A DNA stretch of 64,000 nt from Candidatus Omnitrophota bacterium (GCA_026387175.1 JAPLME010000004.1:447-64446); one strand, 5' to 3'; positions 1 to 11,244 are shown, counted from the first letter of the stretch. The notes: generated by a model from the sequence alone, not told the origin. Program-made: numbers and translations.

Positions 1-4
1 AGCA

Positions 5-81
5 GGGCCTATAGCTCAGCTGGCTAGAGCGCCGTGCTGATAACGCGGAGGTCTCTGGTTCGACTCCAGATGGGCCCACCA
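5..81 (+). tRNA. tRNA-Ile(GAT)
   Basis: Cloverleaf GGGCCTA...TGGGCCC-ACCA, anticodon loop CT-GAT-AA, T-loop GGTTCGA; typical 16S-23S spacer tRNA. Confidence 0.97.
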
Positions 82-101
82 GTTTGTACGATGAGATAAC
101 C

Positions 102-177
102 GGGGACATAGCTCAATTGGGAGAGCGCCAGCTTTGCAAGCTGGAGGTTACCGGTTCGATCCCGGTTGTCTCCACCA
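102..177 (+). tRNA. tRNA-Ala(TGC)
   Basis: GGGGACA...TGTCTCC-ACCA, anticodon loop TT-TGC-AA, GGTTCGATC; follows tRNA-Ile in the ITS. Confidence 0.97.
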
Positions 178-305
178 GCTTTTGCAATGGTCTTCAGCGG
201 CAAAAGCGTCCCGACGATCTAACTGGGGACAGCTTTTGCGCAGATAATAAACGACTTGATCATTCATTTTGTAACGATTTTGTTCCTTTATAAAAGGAAC
301 AGCTC

Positions 306-318
306 GTTCTTTGACAAC
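306..318 (+). promoter_or_regulatory. rrn spacer boxA antitermination-like motif
   Basis: GTTCTTTGACAAC resembles the boxA consensus TGCTCTTTAACA and lies upstream of 23S. Confidence 0.6.
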
Positions 319-379
319 ACAGGTTTAAGTGACAAAGGTAAATCGAGCATCAGCATGCCATTTTATGACGAATTAAAAT

Positions 380-3333
<2,954 letters not shown>

Positions 3334-3417
3334 TTTTATTTTTGAAAATGGCATTGATGCGATGTTCGATCGCACCCATGTTCACTTAAATCAGTGTTGT
3401 CGGAGTTTTACAGAAAT

Positions 3418-3535
3418 TCCCGGTGCTACCAGCGGAGGGGTCACACCCGTTCCCATTCCGAATACGGAAGTTAAGCCCTCCAGCGTCGATGGTACTTGCT
3501 GGGCAACTGGCTGGGAGAGTAGACCAGTGCCGGGT
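3418..3535 (+). rRNA. rrf: 5S rRNA
   Basis: CACCCGTTCCCATTCCGAATACGGAAGTTAAG and GGGAGAGTAG motifs; terminal helix CCCGG/CCGGG. Confidence 0.96.
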
Positions 3536-3540
3536 TTATT

Positions 3541-3578
3541 TTAAAAGAGCCCTGCGATTCAATGCAGGGCTCTTTTAA
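3541..3578 (+). terminator. rrn operon intrinsic terminator (potentially bidirectional)
   Basis: Perfect inverted repeat TTAAAAGAGCCCTGC / GCAGGGCTCTTTTAA. Confidence 0.85.
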
Positions 3579-3607
3579 CAAATCAAGATAAGGAGGTGAG
3601 ACAGGCA

Positions 3608-3715
3608 ATGAAGTGTCCTAATTGCGGCAAGAAACTGGATCACGTTGACAATGAGTGCGGATGGTGCACATTCTGCGGCACAGTCCACGAAGCCACCGGT
3701 GTATCTGCAGCATAA
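3608..3715 (+). CDS. 35-aa zinc-ribbon microprotein (not in ORF track)
   Basis: SD AGGAGGTGA at 3591-3599; MKCPNCGKKLDHVDNECGWCTFCGTVHEATGVSAA with two CxxCG knuckles. Confidence 0.75.
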   Translation: MKCPNCGKKLDHVDNECGWCTFCGTVHEATGVSAA

Positions 3716-3751
3716 TTCAGAAAATATCATTCCCGGAATTATAGATAATTC

Positions 3752-3780
3752 TTGAAAAGAGGCGCCCTTTATACTATAAT
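3752..3780 (+). promoter_or_regulatory. sigma70-type promoter
   Basis: TTGAAA-17 nt-TATAAT. Confidence 0.65.
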
Positions 3781-3837
3781 ATTTAAAATAAAGGGACGAT
3801 GATGTATTTCACGGTTATGACAGATTGATGTATTGAC

Positions 3838-3870
3838 AGAGCTCCCGCTTTAGCGGGAGCTCTTCTTATT
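3838..3870 (+). terminator. intrinsic terminator-like hairpin
   Basis: AGAGCTCCCGCT-TT-AGCGGGAGCTCT followed by TCTTATT. Confidence 0.7.
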
Positions 3871-3912
3871 GTTCCGGGATACGATAAGTATTCTTAAATG
3901 GGTGAGGATGAT

Positions 3913-4182
3913 ATGAGATATGAAAAGTTGGCAGTTGCTATTATGCTGATCGGAATGCCTGTTTTGGCGTACGCCGCTGATAGCGGGCAGACGGAAAAGG
4001 ATGGTTTTGTATCGAGCGCTATATCGGACGTGTTCGATAAGGTCGATAAAGTCACATCCGGAGAGAAACCTATCCTTGAGTCGGTGAATGATTATGATAT
4101 GGATTCCTCAGGGCATAAGATACCTAAGAGGCGGAGCGATAAATATAAGAAGTCGGCGCTTGAAGAGAAGCTGGGCGAATAG
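3913..4182 (+). CDS. small exported hypothetical protein
   Basis: SD GAGG, signal peptide ending AYA-A; apparent paralog of 5794..6084. Confidence 0.7.
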   Translation: MRYEKLAVAIMLIGMPVLAYAADSGQTEKDGFVSSAISDVFDKVDKVTSGEKPILESVNDYDMDSSGHKIPKRRSDKYKKSALEEKLGE

Positions 4183-4202
4183 GATAAAGAGGAGCGGGGG
4201 GT

Positions 4203-4574
4203 ATGAAGAAGATATTGATAATCGATGATGAAGAAGAGTTTGTCTCATTTATGAAGACGAACATCGAACTAAGGTACGACTACGAGGTTATCGCGGCCTT
4301 GGACGGCGAGACAGGGCTCAGGGCCGCGGAGAGCATCGGGCCGGACCTCGTGCTTCTGGATATAAATATGCCGGGGATGAACGGCTTTGAAGTGCTGAAG
4401 AAGCTCAGGGAGAACGGAAAGACAAAGGCTATTCCGGTTATTATGGTTACCGCGAGGACCGATGATGAGACTATGATGGAGGCGCTTAAACTGCATGACG
4501 ACGGTTATGTGGTAAAGCCAGTAAAGATAGAAGAATTGGAGAAAAAGATGGAAGAAGCGCTGGGGGAGGAATGA
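4203..4574 (+). CDS. single-domain response regulator (REC)
   Basis: KKILIIDDE, DLVLLDINMPGMNG, IPVIMVTA, YVVKP motifs. Confidence 0.93.
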   Translation: MKKILIIDDEEEFVSFMKTNIELRYDYEVIAALDGETGLRAAESIGPDLVLLDINMPGMNGFEVLKKLRENGKTKAIPVIMVTARTDDETMMEALKLHDDGYVVKPVKIEELEKKMEEALGEE

Positions 4575-4575
4575 A

Positions 4576-5043
4576 ATGAAGAAACGGGTTAAGCCGGACA
4601 TCGCCGGTCTGATCGATAAAATGCAGCAGCAGCTGATCTCTTTAGAGAAGAAGATAGATACCCTGATCGGCCGTTCTTCGCCAAGGCCTTTCGAAGAAAA
4701 AAATTATTCAAGACCCGTCCAGCCGGCTGATCAGTCCCACCGTTATAATGAAAGAAAACAAGAGGACAGGTTCAGGGAAAGAATCTTACATAAAGCGGTA
4801 TGCGCGGACTGCCATAAGGAATGTGAGGTCCCTTTCAAGCCAAGCGGCGACCGACCGGTATACTGCAAGGAGTGCTTCTCAAAACGCAAGAATAGCGGTT
4901 CATTTAACGCGAAACCCGATAATAAGCCCGGAAAAGAAGGTATTGTTCAGGTGATTCGTCCCAATAAACATAATGTTAGCGAAACTCAAAAACCCGCCGT
5001 AAAGAAGAAACCAGGTTTACGAAATCGAAAGAAGCGGGTATGA
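4576..5043 (+). CDS. CxxC-x17-CxxC zinc-binding domain protein
   Basis: AVCADCHKECEVPFKPSGDRPVYCKECF signature; N-terminal coiled coil and basic C-terminal tail. Confidence 0.85.
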   Translation: MKKRVKPDIAGLIDKMQQQLISLEKKIDTLIGRSSPRPFEEKNYSRPVQPADQSHRYNERKQEDRFRERILHKAVCADCHKECEVPFKPSGDRPVYCKECFSKRKNSGSFNAKPDNKPGKEGIVQVIRPNKHNVSETQKPAVKKKPGLRNRKKRV

Positions 5044-5073
5044 CGCGAAAGAGATAACGAAAGGGGGTCGTGT

Positions 5074-5466
5074 ATGGCGAAGAGATGCAGAAAGTGCAGG
5101 GTCCCGCTTGAAGGGATCATGTACAAGCTGATAGCATCGACGATATTCGGCGTGAGGCCGTCTGCGAAGGATCCCGGACTGTGCAACAAATGCGATGCGT
5201 CGCAGGGGAAGGGCGCGATAGAGGGGAAAGAGATAGGGAAGATAGCCCACTATTATGGGCACCTGAGCGTTGGGATCATAGAGTTAAGCGGAGAGCTCAA
5301 GGCAGGCGATAAGATTCATATCAAAGGGCATACTTCCGATTTTAAGCAAGGCGTGGCATCCATGCAGATCAATCATGAAAATGTATCGGGAGGTAAGAGC
5401 GGTGACCTCGTCGGAATAAAAGTATCGCAAAAAGTCCATCCGGGCGATAAGGTTTATAAGGTATAA
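5074..5466 (+). CDS. Cys4 zinc-finger fused to translation-factor-like beta-barrel
   Basis: N-terminal CRKC...CNKC; C-terminal IGKIAHYY..LSVG.IELSGELKAGDKIHIKGHTSDF.Q.V.SMQI..VGIKV..KV.PGDKVYKV. Confidence 0.75.
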   Translation: MAKRCRKCRVPLEGIMYKLIASTIFGVRPSAKDPGLCNKCDASQGKGAIEGKEIGKIAHYYGHLSVGIIELSGELKAGDKIHIKGHTSDFKQGVASMQINHENVSGGKSGDLVGIKVSQKVHPGDKVYKV

Positions 5467-5501
5467 TGTTAAAAATGTTTAAAAAATAGGAGGGCGTTGA
5501 A

Positions 5502-5783
5502 GTGAAGAGACTATTGGTTATAGCTGTGACGGGAATATTTATGATGAGTCTGGTGTGCGGATGTGCGTATGCCCAGGCTAAAGAAGACAAATCGCCCGTA
5601 AACGTTGGAAATACCGTATGTCCGGTGCTCGGGACAAAGATAACGCCGGGCACTACACCGACAGTCGAATATAATGGAAAGATCTATAATGTCTGCTGCC
5701 CGATGTGCATAGGGGAATTTAAGAATAATCCGGAAAAGTATGTCGCCATCGTTGAGAAACAGATGAAGGAACAGGGCAAATAG
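5502..5783 (+). CDS. exported YHS/TRASH-type metal-binding protein
   Basis: Signal peptide; NTVCPVLG...VEYNGKIYNVCCPMCIGEFKNNPEKY. Confidence 0.85.
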   Translation: MKRLLVIAVTGIFMMSLVCGCAYAQAKEDKSPVNVGNTVCPVLGTKITPGTTPTVEYNGKIYNVCCPMCIGEFKNNPEKYVAIVEKQMKEQGK

Positions 5784-5793
5784 CGGAGTATGG

Positions 5794-6084
5794 ATGACGG
5801 CAAGATACATAGGCATAGCGGCAGCGCTGATTATCGCAGGGTTATGTTTTTCGGCGCAAGCCGAGGAGAAGGATACCGCTAAGGGATTGGATATGGTATC
5901 AGATACTGTAGCAGCCGCATTTAGTAAAGCAAATGCTCTTATTTCCGGCAATCTGGATGTCACGATGTCATTAGATAAACCGGATACTAAAGAGCAATCT
6001 ACCACAAATGCGCTCGGACAGAGAGTTCCTAAATCTACGGCAATAAAGTCGGCCGGATCATTACATAATGATGAGCCGCTATAA
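5794..6084 (+). CDS. small exported hypothetical protein
   Basis: SD GGAG, signal peptide ending AQA-EE; apparent paralog of 3913..4182. Confidence 0.7.
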   Translation: MTARYIGIAAALIIAGLCFSAQAEEKDTAKGLDMVSDTVAAAFSKANALISGNLDVTMSLDKPDTKEQSTTNALGQRVPKSTAIKSAGSLHNDEPL

Positions 6085-6120
6085 TGACATATTGTATTTA
6101 CTAAAAAAGGGGAGGGAAGA

Positions 6121-6195
6121 ATGCCGAAAAAATATACCCGCGCGATGAGGCGTAAAGATCTAAGGCGTAAGAAGAGAAAAGCGAGAAAGAAATAA
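6121..6195 (+). CDS. 24-aa highly basic peptide (not in ORF track)
   Basis: Strong SD GGGGAGGG; MPKKYTRAMRRKDLRRKKRKARKK. Confidence 0.65.
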   Translation: MPKKYTRAMRRKDLRRKKRKARKK

Positions 6196-6203
6196 GGGGG
6201 ATT

Positions 6204-6587
6204 CTATTTAAGTATATTCTCTATATCAGGCGGCAGTGAATCGGTTTTTCTTATGAAGGCCACGCCGATATTATATTTACCGTCCTCATCCTCCTCGATC
6301 CTTACCACCTTGCCTATCAGCTTATTGTCGACCGTCATCGCATTTTCTTCTATTTCATGACAGATGCCCGTAGTGCGATAATCCAGATCGAGCTCAAGTA
6401 TGCTGGAGATGTCCGGAAGATGATCGCTCTTGAAGAGCAATCCGGAGACGCTTAGGTTTTTTGAGATGCCGCTGACCAGTTTTAACGCGGATTTGCTGTG
6501 CCTGGGAGAAAGTAATATTTTAAAATTTACGGGCTTATTATAACTATATCGCACGAACTCTCTTTTGTTTTCAGGGTTTGTATTCAT
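6204..6587 (-). CDS. PilZ domain protein (c-di-GMP receptor)
   Basis: RxxxR (KREFVR) and N/DxSxxG (NLSVSG) motifs; SD GGAGAGG before ATG at 6587. Confidence 0.85.
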   Translation of the reverse strand: MNTNPENKREFVRYSYNKPVNFKILLSPRHSKSALKLVSGISKNLSVSGLLFKSDHLPDISSILELDLDYRTTGICHEIEENAMTVDNKLIGKVVRIEEDEDGKYNIGVAFIRKTDSLPPDIENILK

Positions 6588-6714
6588 TCTCGCCTCTCCT
6601 TTCTCGAGAATTTTATACCATGAATAAATCAAAATGGCAATGCAAATGTGCGTTGCGCGGTTTTGAAAATTACACTTGCTATAATCGGCCGCAGGTAATA
6701 ATATATTCCCAAGG

Positions 6715-6969
6715 ATGGACAAGTTAAATTTAATAGCCACTATAGCCGGGATCTGCACGACCGCGTCTTTTTTACCGCAGGTCGTTAAAGTATATCATAC
6801 CAGGCATACCAAGGACCTTTCGCTGCCGATGTACGTTATTTTTTCCTGCGGCGTTTTCTTATGGGTATACTACGGAGTCATGATACAGAGCTGGCCGATA
6901 ATGATCGCTAACGGGACAACGTTTATCTTGTCGGTCTATATTCTGGCGATGAAGATCAGGTACAAATAA
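6715..6969 (+). CDS. SemiSWEET / PQ-loop transporter
   Basis: Three TM helices, AGICTTASFLPQVVK..TKDLS, WPIMIAN motifs. Confidence 0.92.
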   Translation: MDKLNLIATIAGICTTASFLPQVVKVYHTRHTKDLSLPMYVIFSCGVFLWVYYGVMIQSWPIMIANGTTFILSVYILAMKIRYK

Positions 6970-6982
6970 GACGGGGGGAAGA

Positions 6983-7213
6983 ATGGATAAAGCAGGCCTG
7001 CTTAAAGTTGTAAATCCGCTCTTGTTCATTTCGCTTGTTATTCAGGCGCTTACCGGGGTGATCGCGGCGCTGCATCTGTTTATTTCGAATCCGAAGCTCT
7101 TTGAGGCTATTATGGAGCTTCATAAACACAACGGTTTTGTATTTGTCGCCCTTGCCGGGACGCATCTCTACCTGAACTGGAACTGGGTGAAAGTACAGTT
7201 TTTTAAAAGATAG
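6983..7213 (+). CDS. small 2-TM protein, DUF4405/cytochrome b-like
   Basis: QALTG, LHKHNG, HLYLNWNW pattern with membrane histidines. Confidence 0.65.
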   Translation: MDKAGLLKVVNPLLFISLVIQALTGVIAALHLFISNPKLFEAIMELHKHNGFVFVALAGTHLYLNWNWVKVQFFKR

Positions 7214-7233
7214 CCTCCCGCCCCTATATTAAC

Positions 7234-7261
7234 TTGACTTTTAAGCCATATACCATATAAT
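7234..7261 (+). promoter_or_regulatory. sigma70-type promoter for the EF-G2/yebC/ruv operon
   Basis: TTGACT-16 nt-TATAAT. Confidence 0.6.
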
Positions 7262-7310
7262 ATTTTCATATAATATCTCTCTAAAACATACAAATCCCGG
7301 AGGTATAATA

Positions 7311-9377
7311 ATGGCGATATTCGAAGCAAAAGATATAAGAAATATTGTATTATTGGGTCATTCCGGATGCGGGAAGACGTCATTGGCGGAGGCGCTTCTG
7401 TTAAATTCCGGTGCCATACCGAGGATGGGATCTATAGCGGAAAAGAACACAGTTTCGGATTACAACGAAGATGAGAAAGAGCATAAGTGCTCGATAAGCT
7501 CATCGTTGATATCGCTCAATTCGCGCGATAAAAAGATCAATATAATAGATACCCCCGGCTATACGGACTTCATAGGCGAGATGATAGGTGGCCTGAGGGC
7601 GGCCGATGCCAGCATCATCGTAGTCAACGCGGCCGGAGGCGTGGAGATAGGCACGGAGAAGGCGCAGAGGATGTCATGTGAAAAGGGCGTGCCATCCATG
7701 TTCTTTATCAATAAGCTGGACCAGGAGCATGCCGATTTTACCAAGTGCATTGACGGCATAACCAGAAAATTCAGAAAGAGCTGCGTCCTCGTAGCGTATC
7801 CCATCGGCGAGAAGTCATCGTTTAAAGGCGTGGTAAACCTGGTCACCCGTAAAGGCCTGGACGCCCTATCGGATCATGATAAGGTCGCCGCAAAGGCCGC
7901 GATCGATACGCTCTCGGAGGCGGTTGCCGAGACCGATGATGCGCTCCTGGAGAAGTATCTCGATAAAGGCGAATTATCGGTAGATGAACTTACGAGTGCC
8001 CTGAGAAAGGCTGTCGATAATGGAACCATCCATCCGATAATGTGCGGTTCGTCGACAGCGAACATAGGCGTAAAAGAGCTTCTGGATTTTATCGTAGATT
8101 TTTTACCGTCTCCCGCAGAAATGCCGCAGGTCGAAGCGACCAGGCCCGGCACGGACGGCGCAGAGAGATTTGCCGTGAAATTGGACCCGAACGGGCCGTT
8201 TTCGGGATTTGTCTTCAAGACGCTGTCCGACCCGTTTCTTGGACAGCTGTCTATATTTAAAGTGTTTTCGGGTAAATTGCAATCAAACGGCGGATTCTAC
8301 AATGTGAACAGGTCGACTAAAGAGAGGATAGGCCAGATATTCACTCTACGCGGTAAGCAACAGATACCGATGGAGACGGTTCAGGCGGGCGACATCGCAT
8401 GCGTCTCAAAATTAAAGGATACGCGCACGGGTGACAGCATATGCGACGATAAGAATCAGGTGAAATTCGAGGATATAAATTTTCCGGAGCCCGCGATAGC
8501 TTTTTCGCTTAAACCTAAGACGCGCTCCGATGAAGACAAAATAGGCAATGCGCTTCACAAACTGACCGCGGAAGATCCGACATTCAAGGTGTCGCGCGAT
8601 GAGCAGACTAAAGAGGTTATCGCTAACGGGATGGGCGATCTCCATATCGGCATGATGATAAACAGGATGCGGATGCGTTACGGCGTCAATGTGGATCTGG
8701 GCACGCCGAAGGTCGCTTACAAAGAGACCATCACCGGTAAAGGCGACGCGCAGTACCGCCATAAGAAGCAGTCGGGCGGAGCCGGACAGTTTGCCGAAGT
8801 CTGGATGAGGATAGAGCCGCTCGAGAGGGGGAGAGGTTTCGAGTTTGTCGATGAAGTGGTAGGCGGCGCCATACCGAGACCGTTCGTAGTGAGCTGCGAA
8901 AAGGGCATCAAGACCGCCCTGCAGTCCGGATCTCTGGCCGGTTTCCCGGTGGTGGACGTCAGGGCCATAGTTTATGACGGCAAGACGCATCCCGTGGACT
9001 CGAAGGACATAGCGTTCCAGACGGCCGCCAAGTTTGCTTTCAGGGAGTCTTTACAAAAGGCAAGGCCCGTGATCCTGGAGCCGATAATGGATGTCGATAT
9101 CATTGTGCCGGATACGCTTGTGGGGGATATCGCGGGAAGCCTGAATTCCCGCCGCGGCAGGGTGATGGGGATGGAGCCGGGCGAGGATGTTCAGACTATA
9201 AAGGCGAAGATGCCGTTAGGGGAGATGTACAAGTATGTTAATGAGCTGAAGTCGATCACGGGCGGCCGTGGGACATATACTATGACTTTTTCGCACTATG
9301 ATGTAGTGCCGTCTAATGTGGCACAGGTGATCATTGAAAAAGCAAAGCTGACCAAGAAAGAGGAAGTGGAGGAGTAA
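7311..9377 (+). CDS. fusA: elongation factor G paralog (EF-G2 type)
   Basis: GHSGCGKT, DTPGY, NKLD; domain IV KKQSGGAGQFA and DGKTHPVDS; 688 aa. Confidence 0.92.
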   Translation: MAIFEAKDIRNIVLLGHSGCGKTSLAEALLLNSGAIPRMGSIAEKNTVSDYNEDEKEHKCSISSSLISLNSRDKKINIIDTPGYTDFIGEMIGGLRAADASIIVVNAAGGVEIGTEKAQRMSCEKGVPSMFFINKLDQEHADFTKCIDGITRKFRKSCVLVAYPIGEKSSFKGVVNLVTRKGLDALSDHDKVAAKAAIDTLSEAVAETDDALLEKYLDKGELSVDELTSALRKAVDNGTIHPIMCGSSTANIGVKELLDFIVDFLPSPAEMPQVEATRPGTDGAERFAVKLDPNGPFSGFVFKTLSDPFLGQLSIFKVFSGKLQSNGGFYNVNRSTKERIGQIFTLRGKQQIPMETVQAGDIACVSKLKDTRTGDSICDDKNQVKFEDINFPEPAIAFSLKPKTRSDEDKIGNALHKLTAEDPTFKVSRDEQTKEVIANGMGDLHIGMMINRMRMRYGVNVDLGTPKVAYKETITGKGDAQYRHKKQSGGAGQFAEVWMRIEPLERGRGFEFVDEVVGGAIPRPFVVSCEKGIKTALQSGSLAGFPVVDVRAIVYDGKTHPVDSKDIAFQTAAKFAFRESLQKARPVILEPIMDVDIIVPDTLVGDIAGSLNSRRGRVMGMEPGEDVQTIKAKMPLGEMYKYVNELKSITGGRGTYTMTFSHYDVVPSNVAQVIIEKAKLTKKEEVEE

Positions 9378-9378
9378 A

Positions 9379-10116
9379 ATGAGCGGACATTCAAAATGGG
9401 CTACTATTAAACACAAGAAGGCGGCGACGGACGCGAAGCGCGGCTCGCTCTTCACAAAGCTTATCAAGGAAATAACCATAGCGGCCAGGTCGGGCGGTAA
9501 GCCGGAAACCAATCCAAGACTCAGGGTGGCCATAGAGCGCGCCAAGGAAGCAAGCATGCCGGCCGACAATATAGACCGCGCGGTAAAAAAGGGCACGGGC
9601 GAGCTCGAAGGCGTAAGCTATGAAGATATAACGCTGGAGGGCTACGGTCCGGGCGGCGTGGCGATCTATATCGAGGGTGTCAGCGATAATAGGAACCGCA
9701 CCACCAGCGAGATCAGGACCATATTCTCCAAGAGAGGCAGCAATATGGCCGGCGCCGGTTCCGTAGGCTGGATGTTCGAGAAGAAGGGGTATTTCGTTAT
9801 CAATAAAAATACTATCGATGAAGACAAACTTATGAGCATAGCGCTGGATGCCGGCGCGGAGGATCTGGTGACGGAGGGTGAAAGTTATGAGGTGAAGACC
9901 GCTCCGGCCGATTTCTTTAAGGTGAAGAAAGCTCTCGAGGATAATAAGATCGCCACCGAGGATGCGGAGATAACGCTTATTCCCAAGTCTACGGTGAAAG
10001 TAGAAGGAGATGACGCTAAGAAAGTGCTGGAGCTCGTGGACGCGCTGGAAGAACACGAGGACGTCCAGCACGTTTATGCCAATTTTGATATACCGGATGA
10101 TCTGATAAAGGAATAA
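9379..10116 (+). CDS. yebC: YebC/PmpR family protein
   Basis: MSGHSKWATIKHKK, EGYGPGG, DVQHVYAN. Confidence 0.97.
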   Translation: MSGHSKWATIKHKKAATDAKRGSLFTKLIKEITIAARSGGKPETNPRLRVAIERAKEASMPADNIDRAVKKGTGELEGVSYEDITLEGYGPGGVAIYIEGVSDNRNRTTSEIRTIFSKRGSNMAGAGSVGWMFEKKGYFVINKNTIDEDKLMSIALDAGAEDLVTEGESYEVKTAPADFFKVKKALEDNKIATEDAEITLIPKSTVKVEGDDAKKVLELVDALEEHEDVQHVYANFDIPDDLIKE

Positions 10117-10601
10117 TGCGGATACTCGGAATAGACCCGGGTTTAGGAACAACAGGATACGGCATCATAGACGGCAATAGCTTTAAAGTGATCGAGGCCG
10201 GGACCATACGGACCAGGACCGGCTCTCCGGTCCAGGAGCGCATTAAAAAGATATTCGACGAGATATCTGGTATCATCGAAGAGCATCGGCCGGGCGTTCT
10301 GGTGCTGGAGAAGATATATTCGCATTACAAGCATCCTGCCACGTCGATACTGATGGCCCACGCGCGCGCGATGGCGTGCCTTGTCTGCGGTAAGTTTAAT
10401 ATCGAACTTGTTAATTATCCCTCCACGAGGATCAAGAAAGTAATAACAGGCAACGGCCACGCTTCCAAGGTCCAGGTTCAACGGATGGTCCGGGATCTGT
10501 TGAAATTAAAAAAGACGCCTGAGCCGGTAGATGTGAGCGATGCGCTTGCGATGGCGATAACTTACTGCTTCGTAGAGAGGAGTCCGCTGGAACTGCGCTA
10601 A
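10116..10601 (+). CDS. ruvC: Holliday junction resolvase RuvC
   Basis: ILGIDPG..TGYG, GNGHASK.QV, DVSDALA. Confidence 0.96.
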   Translation: MRILGIDPGLGTTGYGIIDGNSFKVIEAGTIRTRTGSPVQERIKKIFDEISGIIEEHRPGVLVLEKIYSHYKHPATSILMAHARAMACLVCGKFNIELVNYPSTRIKKVITGNGHASKVQVQRMVRDLLKLKKTPEPVDVSDALAMAITYCFVERSPLELR

Positions 10602-10602
10602 G

Positions 10603-11244
10603 ATGATAGCCTATATTTCGGGAAAGATACGCAAGAAGAAACAGCTGAGCGTCATCATAGACGTGGGGGGAGGCATATCCTATGAAGTGATGATGCCGTC
10701 CGCCGTTATGAAAGGGCTCGATAAGGCCAGGGCCGAAGACGGAGCGGTAACACTGATCACCTACCATTATTACCAGATGGACCCTTCCAAAGCAATACCG
10801 GTGCTTGTCGGATTTTTAAGCGAGATCGAAAAAGAGTTCTTCGAACATTTCATAACAGTTTCCGGGGTCGGGCCAAAGGCAGCCTGCAGGGCGCTGATCC
10901 AGCCGTTTTCGGTCATCGCGGGGGCGATCGATAGAGGCGACGTGGCTATGCTTAAGACTATGCCGGGAATAGGCGAACAGAGGGCCCGCGAGATCATCGC
11001 GAAACTTCAGGGCAAGATTGGAAAATTCGGGCTTATTCAGGATGGAGGCGATGAGGCGGTGTCTATGGCCAAAGAGGATATAAAAGAAGAGGCGGTCAGT
11101 CTTTTGGTGCAGTTGCTATATAAGAGAAATGAGGCGCGCGGTATGGTCGAAGCCGCTATTAAACGTAATCCGAAAGCGTCAAACTGCGAAGAGATATTAA
11201 ATGAAGTCTATAAGGGATCTAAAGTGAGGTTGAATTCCAGATGA
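10603..11244 (+). CDS. ruvA: Holliday junction branch migration protein RuvA
   Basis: MIAYISG, VSGVGPK and PGIG HhH motifs; between ruvC and ruvB. Confidence 0.94.
   Translation: MIAYISGKIRKKKQLSVIIDVGGGISYEVMMPSAVMKGLDKARAEDGAVTLITYHYYQMDPSKAIPVLVGFLSEIEKEFFEHFITVSGVGPKAACRALIQPFSVIAGAIDRGDVAMLKTMPGIGEQRAREIIAKLQGKIGKFGLIQDGGDEAVSMAKEDIKEEAVSLLVQLLYKRNEARGMVEAAIKRNPKASNCEEILNEVYKGSKVRLNSR

Noticed and set aside
6588-6758. 57-aa N-terminal extension of the PilZ ORF given in the track
   Set aside because: It overlaps the divergent SemiSWEET start and promoter region; the SD supports the ATG at 6587
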